A stretch of DNA of 64,000 nucleotides from Salpingoeca rosetta. Its lineage: Eukaryota; Protista; Choanoflagellata. The position numbers and the translations under genes are program-made. The notes beneath the pieces were generated by a model that was not told the DNA's origin, searched no databases, and worked only from the letters and a program-made list of their open reading frames with translations. Shown piece by piece: positions 1-12,509 of this stretch (position 1 is the first letter of the stretch; each line of letters starts with the position of its first letter). The stretch spans positions 859,822-923,821 of the forward strand of contig JAWQFM010000024.1 in the NCBI GenBank assembly GCA_033442325.1, in the 5' to 3' direction.

Positions 1-154
1 GAGTGTGAGTGTGTATTGTGGTGGATGACGCGTTCACACACCTACTTCTGTGCTGATGATAGCACAAACGGCACAATCTCACATGCTTGCGCTAACCACT
101 CCCCACCACCTTATCCTACCATCTCACCCCCTCTCGCCCCTGCACACATCACAG

Positions 155-227
155 GTGCTTGAAGTCGAACACGAAGGAGGATCTGCTGAAGCTGCTCGAC
201 TGGTCGTTCAACCGCCAGGCCCTCTGA
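155..227 (+). CDS. Probable terminal exon of an upstream gene that extends beyond the window (xCLKSNTKEDLLKLLDWSFNRQAL*)
   Basis: CAG acceptor at 152-154 after an intron-like region, GC3-rich codons, stop TGA at 225-227 followed by (CA)n. Product not recognised. Confidence 0.45.
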
Positions 228-236
228 TACCACCCA

Positions 237-298
<62 letters not shown>

Positions 299-598
299 AA
301 TGGCGCACGTTGACACAACTGTCGCCTTCCTTGAGGCGCATACCCACGCGCACCAACAGGCTGCGTGTCCTGTTCTTTCTTCCTTCTTGTACATATATGC
401 TCGCAAGTAAACGCCCGTTCCATTCACGCAGAGGCACCAGAGATAGAGCGACAGGGAGACACAGAGACAGGGAGGTTGAGAGAGGGAGAGAGACAGAGGC
501 AGAGAGTCACAGACGGAGACACAGAGAGACACAAACAAACCAAACAACAACAACAACATTAACACACACACAAACGCAGCACAACAAACACAGCAGCC

Positions 599-1755
<1,157 letters not shown>

Positions 1756-2210
1756 TGAGGACGATGCAGCTGCACCTGCTGTGCATGCACGACTCCCCCT
1801 GGCACACGCACGGGCGGCGGCTTGCACACAGAGATGCGCGCACACACACGCGCGCGCGCACACACACACACACACAGACAGATACAGACACACTCACTCA
1901 CTCTGACACTCACACACGCACACACACACACACACACAGGCACACACACACACAGAGACATGCACAGAGAGACTCGGCCTCAGTGACACACAGCGACACA
2001 CACAAACACAATGACGGTCGGTGCTTTTATGTCTCGTGTGTGGGTGGGCCCCTCTTTGCGCGCTCAACCCAATCTGGTAAAAAGAAAAGAACAGAGAGAG
2101 TGCCGGGTTCGGGGACAGCGTCATTCTATATCAGCCGACCGCGTGGTGGGGGGGGGGGCTGAGGAGGAGGCAGAACAAGAGAATGACAGGTGGGGTTGAG
2201 TGGCGGCGTG

Positions 2211-2310
2211 NNNNNNNNNNNNNNNNNNNNNNNNNNNNNNNNNNNNNNNNNNNNNNNNNNNNNNNNNNNNNNNNNNNNNNNNNNNNNNNNNNNNNNNNNN
2301 NNNNNNNNNN
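2211..2310. other. Assembly gap (100 N)
   Basis: Run of N; further 100-N gaps at 19320-19419, 23095-23194 and 49786-49885. Confidence 0.99.
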
Positions 2311-2359
2311 AGACACACAGACACAGACAGACACACACACACACACACACACACACACA

Positions 2360-2393
<34 letters not shown>

Positions 2394-2417
2394 CAACAGC
2401 AGGCAGTGGCGGCGGCT

Positions 2418-3794
<1,377 letters not shown>

Positions 3795-4125
3795 CGCCGC
3801 TGCTGTTGTGGAGTGGTTGGCTGGATGCAATTTATGATGTCGCCCGAGAGTGGCGGTTGGGTGGTGGTGGACGTTGTGTCCTTGTGTCTGCTGCCCACGT
3901 TGTCGTGTTGTGTTGGCGAGTGCACATGACACGTGACCCCTTTCTTTACTGCTCTAGGAGTCACGTCTATCACACCGTTTATATCAGCATCACAGCAAGA
4001 ACAACAAACATCACAGCCAAAACGAGCAAACAACAGGCATGGTGCCACATCACATCACAACATCACATCACACATACTATCTCTTCTCTTCCCTCTCTTT
4101 GCACGTGCGGTTTTGTCGTGTCGCA

Positions 4126-4919
4126 TCACTGGGTGAGGCCGCTTGCCTCGTACACGCTGCAAATGATGCTGGCCGTCTCCTGGACAAACGCAAGCTCCAA
4201 CCGCTCAATCCCACTCGCCAGCTCGCCTGGCGAACGTGAGCATAGGGGGGGGGGGGAAGGGGGATGGGGAAGAGAAGGAGGCAACGATGAGGACGAAGAC
4301 GAAAGTAGGCAGGCGGACAAATTCACAGACACAGACACAGACACAGACACAGACACAGACACACAGACACACAGACACACAGACACACACAAAAGGTACT
4401 CGGACCAAAGTCGCTGACGGCGTGTCCAGTCTGCATGAGCAGGTCTTCGAGGATGGACGGTTTGCTCTGCAACATCGCGTGCAGCTTGGCACATCCGCTC
4501 TGTATTCCCTCCATCAGCAGCTGGCAGCCCTCCGACCCAACGTCATGGCCCGTCCTACCACAGGGTGTTATCGTGGTGGAAATTGAAGCGGTTTGGTGAC
4601 AGGTCACACAACAGCACGAGCCGCAGACATGCAGACAGGCAGGCAAACAAACCGTGAGTTGAGGCGGAAAGATGGATGTTGACGACCAAGCATCATTGCA
4701 ACCAAACGCCCAACACAACAACACGACAGCAGTGCAAGCGCACGTGCGCGTACCCGTTGAGGATTGCATCACGAAGGCGCTTGAAGGGCTTCGAGTCGAC
4801 GTTTCGCTCAACACACGCGGCGTGGGCGCCGTCACGCACACGCTCCATATATGATGCACGCCCTTTCTCGTTTGTGATGCACGTTGTGCCTTGCGACGGC
4901 GGGGCGTCATTCATTTCGG

Positions 4920-4993
<74 letters not shown>

Positions 4994-5555
4994 GGCTCGT
5001 GAAGAAAAAGAAAAAAGAAAAAAAAAGAAGAAAAAAAAAAAGGGCAAACACGCGACGGCTGCACGTCGCCACAACAAACCTCATGCCACTACAGTACACT
5101 TTACGGCACGTCCTTCAAACACATGGCAAGGACACTGGTCCAACCTTGGTCGATGCAAGCAATGCTCAGCTGGCCGTCATCCTCCTTCACGCGCCCTTGC
5201 ACCTGCCGCAGCCATGCACATGTGCACACGCAATGAACGACCCACCAAGCACGACAGACAGCACATCTCACTTGTTGTGTGTCGAAACACATTCACCATC
5301 TTCCAACCTCCCTCATTTTCTTCATGAATCTCTCAACAGATACCGCTGCAACCAAGCACGCCCCCAATCGCACACACACAGACACACAGACACACACAGA
5401 CACACACAGACACACACACACACACGCTGCTTACCATGATATTTTCCATGTTTCCAAAGTTTGTCCAAATGAAAGGACCACCACTCCCCCACTCGTGCCG
5501 CAGCAAATTCGGGCCTGCACATGTGATTGGAGTGTATGAGAGGTAGATCGATGAC

Positions 5556-5593
<38 letters not shown>

Positions 5594-6577
5594 GAGTGTG
5601 CGTGTGTATGTGTGCGCGCGTGTCAATTCGCTGGTTTGGTGGTTGGTTCGTTGGCTCAAGATTGAGTGGAAGCGAATGTTGAAATGTGCGTGTGTGCGTT
5701 CTGTGGTGGAGTACGCAGACAGACAGACAGACCCGCGCACAGACACAGACAGACAGATACAGACACGCCACGATGTTTGGTGGCTGCAATGTCACCTGAG
5801 CTTTCTGCGAGAACCTTCATTGCGCATGCGGGCAGCGGGTAGCCCTTCACCAGCTCCATAAACACCAGGCCCTGTCGCGCGGTGTTGGTGTTGTTCGGTG
5901 AGTGAACGAAGGCGTTTGTGCAGAGGTGGCGAGCGGGCTGCAGAGACAGCATGACAAAAGACAGACAGAAGAACAAGGTGCACAGACACAGACACAGACA
6001 CAGACAAAGACACACACCGACACACACGGACACAGACACAGACACAGACACAGACACAGACACAGACACAGACACAGACACACACGAATCCGGACCTGGA
6101 TGCGGTGGTTGCGGAGGCGTTGGGTGTGCTCCTGTTTTCCGTTTGCAAATCGCATCGCGCGCAGAACATCCTGCCGGCGCGAGGGGAAGAGGTGAAGATG
6201 GTGGAAGGGTGAGGGTGGAAGCGGTGGGTGTGGGCATTTGGTGGCACATCCAATGGTTGGAGCCAACGCACAGCACGGAAAAAGGAATGAAAGGCACGGA
6301 AAAAGGAATGAAAGGCACGGGAAAAAGGAAACGTTACAAGACACCCACACACTCAGACACACTCAGACACACCATACACACCCAGACACACCCAGACACA
6401 CACACGTACACACGCACGCGCGCGCACAGCACCTCTTGGTCAGCGCATGCGAGTGTGCGAATGTTGGGGCAGCGGATGCCGAGTTGCTTTGCCAGGAGCG
6501 TGGCGAAGATCTCGCCCGCCGTCTCCGTGCCCGTCGGTTTCGCAACGACCCATCCTGAGGCACGCGCATTGGTGGTG

Positions 6578-6675
<98 letters not shown>

Positions 6676-7268
6676 ATTGATGCGAGCACACTTGTCGTGC
6701 TCTTCAAGGCAAGGTTTGATGTTGTCTGACTCTGTTGCGTGCGCATGTCACCTGTGCCAACGTCGGCAAAGAAGACGCCTGTGCTGCCGAGTCCACCAGC
6801 ACTCCAATGCACAAACCTGGTGAACAGAGAGAGTGTGTGAGTGAGCGCACGGTGTGGTTGATTGCTTGATGCCACAGACGTGAGCACAAATGCAGGCAAC
6901 GCACGCAGTCGATCATCAACGCGCGCACACACACACACACAGCACAGCACAGATGCAGGTAAGTGCACATTTCGTTTGTTCGCACTTGACGTTCCGCAGG
7001 CTTGCTGCGTCAAGATCGGCTGGCTCTGCCTTGTCCGGCTCAAAGCGGTGGCTCGGCTCTTCAGACACCTGTACCCCCCCCCACACCCACAGACAGACAG
7101 ACAGACAGACATACAAACAGTGGTGAGTGACGCGACTCTTGCAAAGATAGACATTGGCGTGACGTATCAAGTTCCGGGAACGCATGCTGGGTGTGTTGCT
7201 GACGAACTTCTTTCCGCTCGAATGTGGGCACTGTCTCCTCTCTGGAGAAAAGCCACAAGATAGGGAGC

Positions 7269-7345
<77 letters not shown>

Positions 7346-8147
7346 CACTTGTGCGTGTGTGAGCAGCGAGACAAGTTCAAACAATACCACGGTAGGAGCG
7401 TTACCCCGCCTCTCCCCCTCACTCAGGGCAGCTGCACACTGATCGCATGCTCCCCTTGGGGGTTTCACGCACCCTTGGGCTTGCTTCCTTGGGGCCTTTG
7501 CTGGAGGGAGATGCTTGCGCACGCGTCGAGATACCGCGCCAGCCTTGACAATCGGCAGCCCTGTAAAATTTCAATGACATGCGCATGTTGTTAACACTTG
7601 GCAGGTGAGGGCCGGAACAAGGGAATGGAGGCCGTGTGCATATTCCAAGAACGTTCCCCTTGAACGCGAGTGCATGATTGCAAGCGCTGCTGCAGTTGAG
7701 GGAGGGTGTTTCCGAGCACACTCATGCATTCATTCATCTATCCAGTCACAACGCACCGAGAATGTCCTGGCACTGCGTCACGTTCATGCATCGCACCAAC
7801 TGCTTTCCCGTGACGCCATCTGCTTCCACCTACACGTGTGTGCACAGAAGTGTGTGCACAGAAGCGTGAGCATGTGTGTGTGTGTCTGCTTGTGTCTGCG
7901 TGGACAATGTACATCACCCTCAACGATCTTGCGACACACACACACACACACACACGCACAGGAGCGACGAATCCAGCATCTCAAACACAGACACACACAC
8001 ACACAGACACACACACACACACACCTTTTCGACGACGCGCGTGGTGTCTGCTGGCGTGAGGGGATCCTTGATGGACTTGACAAACTCCACGACTTGCTCC
8101 GTCGTCCACTCCTCCAGCCCACCCATCTTCAGCCCAGTCGATGACAT
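4126..8147 (-). CDS. N-terminal SAM-like domain + actin-fragmin kinase (AFK)-like catalytic domain protein, multi-exon; linker exons uncertain
   Basis: N-terminus LEEWTTEQVVEFVKSI...|VEADGVTGKQLVRC looks like a SAM domain. Kinase exons: GGLGSTGVFFADVGT|GWVVAKPTGTETAGEIFATLLAKQLGIRCPNIR...|GLVFMELVKGYPL...|...PFIWTNFGNMENIM|...IACIDQG...|YMERVR...FKRLRDAILNG|TGHDVGSEGCQLLMEGI. These parallel the Physarum AFK motifs LMELVRG, WTNEGNLDNIM, IDS and TGYDVGTEG. Confidence 0.7.
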
Positions 8148-8465
8148 CTCAACACACACACAACTCGTGGGTGGTGTGCACAGTGGTCCTCGCTTCTTGC
8201 TCACAGCCAAAACACAAACAACACACAACACAGCAGCGCAAAAAATAGCAGCTGTAATTGTGCATGGAATCATCTCACACCTGACAATAATAATTTTCAC
8301 GGTTTTTCGTCCAACACGTGTGCCACTGCCACACGGCTTTTTCGTCGGTTTCAGTGCTGATTCGCGCCACTTCCCCTACCACTCTCGCCAACCAACAACG
8401 TCTCAGCTCCTCGTTGCCACACGCACGCGACCGCACACACGCACGCTCACATCACCAATACAAAG

Positions 8466-9030
8466 ATGGCTCTCACCAAGGACGAGTACGACTACCCTTC
8501 CAGCGACGAGGCTGAGTACGACTACCCTTCCAGCGATGAGGGTGACGTCGACGTCCCCGCTGAGATGACCGTCTTCTTCGGTACGTCACACCACACCACA
8601 CTGCGTTTTGTCGCTCTCGCGGTTGCAGACATGACTTTGACGTGGATGTGTGTTCGTGTATGTTCGTGGATGTGTATGTGTGTGTGTGGATGTGCGTGTG
8701 TTTGTGGATGTAGGTTTGCGTGTGTATGGATGTGTGTGTGTGTGTGTGGGTGTAGGTTTGCGTGTGTTGATTTGCGCGTGTGCGGATGTGTGTTTGCATG
8801 TGCATGTGCGTGTGCGCGCAACTATATCTCACTACGGTGCGCATTGTTCTGTTCTCCTTTGTTTTGTTTGTCGTGTTGTGGATCAGGTCGCACCCTCCAC
8901 GCCAAGGAGGAGGAGCTCGCCGAGGGCAGGATGGGCGAGACGCTCGTCATCAAGCAGTTCACAGTCGACTCCAGCTGCAAGGACGACGTTGTCACGGTGC
9001 GTCCATGCACACAGTGCATACTCGACACCC

Positions 9031-9082
<52 letters not shown>

Positions 9083-9171
9083 CACAGACAGACAGGCAGA
9101 CAGACAGACAGGCAGACAGACAGACAGACAGACACACAGACAGACAGACAGACAGACAGACACAGGCACAG

Positions 9172-9215
<44 letters not shown>

Positions 9216-11798
9216 TGCACTGCACAATCTTCTCCACTGATGGACCGTGTGTTCCCTGTGCAACAAAGCAAAAAGGCCATGGGTTACAAGGCATACAGTG
9301 CAATAACACATGTTTGTTTTGACGCCTTGCAGGTCCAGGTTGAGCTCCCAGAGCAGGAGGTCAAGTTCCAGGTGTGCCACCTTCGTCCCGGCACTGTCGA
9401 CCAGTTCAACACAGAGCTTGTGTTCGACGAGCCCGTCTCTTTCTCCCTCGTTCGCGGTAAGCGACTGCTTGCGATCGCGCGTGTGTTGTTTCGTGTGGTG
9501 TGCGCGTGTCTGTGTTTTGGGTGTTTAGTGTGTGGTGCACGCATGTGTATGTACTGTCTACTCGTGTTTTGTGTAATGGCTTCCCTTCCCACCTGTGAGG
9601 TGGCTTCCCTTCCCACGTGTGAGGTGGCTTCACTTGCCGCGTGTGGTGTGGCATCCTATTCCCTTGCCCACACCATTCACTCTCCGCTCCCAACCCATTC
9701 ACGCACAACCTGTCCCCCTCCAACCCCCAACCCACTACACACGCGTGTTATGCAGGCAAGGGCCCCGTGCACATGATTGGCAACGTGGTCATCTCCACCG
9801 GCCTGATGGACTATGACTCTGACGATGAGGATCTCGACTCTGACGAGTCGTACGTCGCTTCCGAGGAGGACGAGGAGGAGAGCGATGATGAGAACCGTAA
9901 GTGACCGAAACTGACTGCTCTGCCCAGCCAGCGGCCTCTCACCTGTCGTGTCACTGTGCATCTACATTCTCCCCCGATGCGCGCCAATGTCCACTGGCTT
10001 TCGCAGATGATTGATATCGCCTTCTCACACAACTTAATCATAAACACGCACACACGCACACAAACACACACGCAAACAAACAAACAAACAAAAAAAAATC
10101 AAACAAACAAACAAACACATACACACACATACACACTCCCGTAGTGCCCCGCATTGAGGATGTGACGGGTATGGACGAGGAGGAATCCGAGGATGAGGAG
10201 GAAGAGGCTCCCCAGCTCGTCAAGTCCTCTGGCAAGCGCGGTGCAAGCGCGGGCAAGTCTGCCGCCAAGAAGGTAAGTTGCACACAAGTGCCCGTCTTCT
10301 CTCGTGTCTTCTCTCGTGTCTTCTCTCGTGTCTTCTCTCGTGTCTTCTCTCGTGTCTTCTCTCGTGTCTTCTCTCGTGTCTTCTCTCGCTTCAGTTGCCC
10401 TGTGTCATGCAGATGGTTGTGGGGAACTTGTGTTTCCCATGACAGCGATGTGATGGCTTGCGTTGCGGGGGTTTCTTGCGTTGACGTAATGTCACAACGT
10501 GTTCTGCTTTGTTGCAAATGCCTCCTTTTGTTTCTCGCGTGAGAACAGGCCAAGGCCATGATTGAGGATGACGAGGACGAAGAGGAGGAGGAGGAAGAGG
10601 GTAAGCATGATGATGCTCGGGTGAACTGTTTGTGTCGTCGTCGTGAGGGTGATTGTTGTCTTGGCATGCGCATGAGCTGGCATGTATCCGGTTTTGTCTT
10701 CCCACCTTCTTTTCACCATTGGTCGTTTTGGTTGGCTTGTCCAGATGAGGATGAGGATGAGGATGAAGAGGACGAGGACTTTGACCTCGAAGGTTTGTTT
10801 TGGACGCATTGGTTTGCGCCACACCTCACGCCCCTCTCGGCTGCACGTATTGGGCTGACTTGAGTTTGACCAACAAACTGCACATTTGCACACACACACA
10901 CACATATGTTTTGCGTTGTGGCAAGGACGCCTTGATGGTGCCCTTCTCCGCAGCATCGCGCCCCACACTACTGCACTTGGGGCTGGCCCCTTGTGTTGTC
11001 CTTGTTGTTGATGTTGATCACGCATGCATTCACTCGCGTGTTGTGCCTCTTTTCTTTCTTCTTTTGTAGATGACAACGAGGATGTGAAGACCAAGGTGAA
11101 GCAGGCTGTGACCAAGGCCACCCCACAGAAGAAGCAGAAGCAGAAGGCCAAGTCCGCTGCCACCACCCCGGCCAAGAACAACAAGGCCGCCAAGGCCGTC
11201 AAGTCGGCTGCCAACACCCCCGCAGCGAAGAAGGTGGCGTAGATGCCCGTGGTTTTTTTTTGTGTGTGTGTGATGTGCGTGTGATGTATGTGCGTGTGTT
11301 GTACTTTGCATGTGCGTGTGTGGCCACCACGTTTGTGGGTCAACACATGGATTGTGGCTTTCATGAGCATCTACGCCTTGCCTGTGCTTGCACACCAAAT
11401 GCCCAAATGTCCACATGTCTTCTTTTCTCACCCCCTTTTTGAATTTGTTCACCACGTGTGTGGCTTGTGCGTTCTTTGTGACAGGAGGGCTCCAGCCTCT
11501 CGGTGAGTTGTGGAATTGTGTCGCTGCGTTGTGTTGCTGTGTTATATGCGTGTGTGTGTGCGTGAAGTGATGCGAATGCGCCTGATTGCATGACCTCCTC
11601 CATCGTCGCTCACCCACCACACGCACACACGCATTTTTGCAGGTTAACGACATGCTGAAGAAGGTGCTGGCGTCGCCCAACAAGCCCAAGAAGCAGAGCA
11701 AGTTCAAGAACTTCTGCAAGAACATGTTCAAGGCGGAGCCCGACGAGGCCACGCTCGATGAGCTGTGGAAGAAGTACTCTGCCAACATCAGCAAGTAG
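8466..11798 (+). CDS. Nucleoplasmin-like histone chaperone with acidic tracts and a nucleophosmin (NPM1)-type C-terminal domain, about 9 exons
   Basis: NPL core ...TVFF|GRTL...LVIKQFTV...|VQVELP...VCHLRPGTVDQFNTELVFDEPVSFSLVR|GKGPVHMIG; long D/E tracts; K-rich TP motifs; last exon 11643-11798 VNDMLKKVLASPNKPKKQSKFKNFCKNMFKAEPDEATLDELWKKYSANISK*. Confidence 0.85.
10294..10388. repeat. Intronic 12-bp minisatellite (GTCTTCTCTCGT) x about 8
   Basis: Direct observation; this is the source of the spurious VFSR/REKT ORFs. Confidence 0.9.
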
Positions 11799-12010
11799 AC
11801 CGGCCTGATGTGGCGTGTGCTTGTGTTTGTTTGTGTCGCTCTGTGTGCATGCAGCTCAGCTGTCCACGCTTGCGTTCCAGCTGACATGCCATGTAAGCAA
11901 CATGACACAAGGCCTCCCTGCTCGCGCGTGCTTGAGTCAAGCTCTTCCTCCAACATCAATTACATGTCACACCACGTGTCCCAGTGTCCCGTCACCCACC
12001 CTTTCTTCTC

Positions 12011-12075
<65 letters not shown>

Positions 12076-12509
12076 GCTGTTGTTGTTGTTGTTGTTGTTC
12101 TTCTACTACTACTACTGCTGGCCACATTCAATCACTCTCAATGAATAATTTGACCGTCTCGTCTTGCGTGGCTGCATGGGCTGTGCGTCGTGCCAGAGGA
12201 GAGTACAGCAGTTGGCGCACGACATGAGAGCATGCACATGAAAACATACACGCTCAGCCTGCATCACACATCATCATCATCGTCAGCACCACACATACAC
12301 TGCGGTGGATCGTGTGATGCGCACGTGCTTTTCTGTGGAAAACATTCGATAATATTCGGCAATCGGACGAGTCCAGCTGGGCGTGCTTTTTTCCTTCTTC
12401 CTCCAAGCAAGCCCTTCTTTGCATCTTGCTGCACACTTTCCACGCGCCTGTGCCTCGTGTTGCATCTCCTTCTGTCTCTCTCTCGCGCAACAACAACAAC
12501 ACACCAGCC

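Noticed and set aside
5435-5514. Alternative frame PEFAAARVGEWWSFHLDKLWKHGKYH for this exon
   Set aside because: It does not match the upstream donor phase and loses the AFK-like WTNxGNxxNIM motif.
10294-10388. Regular short repeat that might suggest a CRISPR-like array
   Set aside because: Head-to-tail 12-mer with no spacers, inside an intron of a eukaryotic gene; no cas genes.
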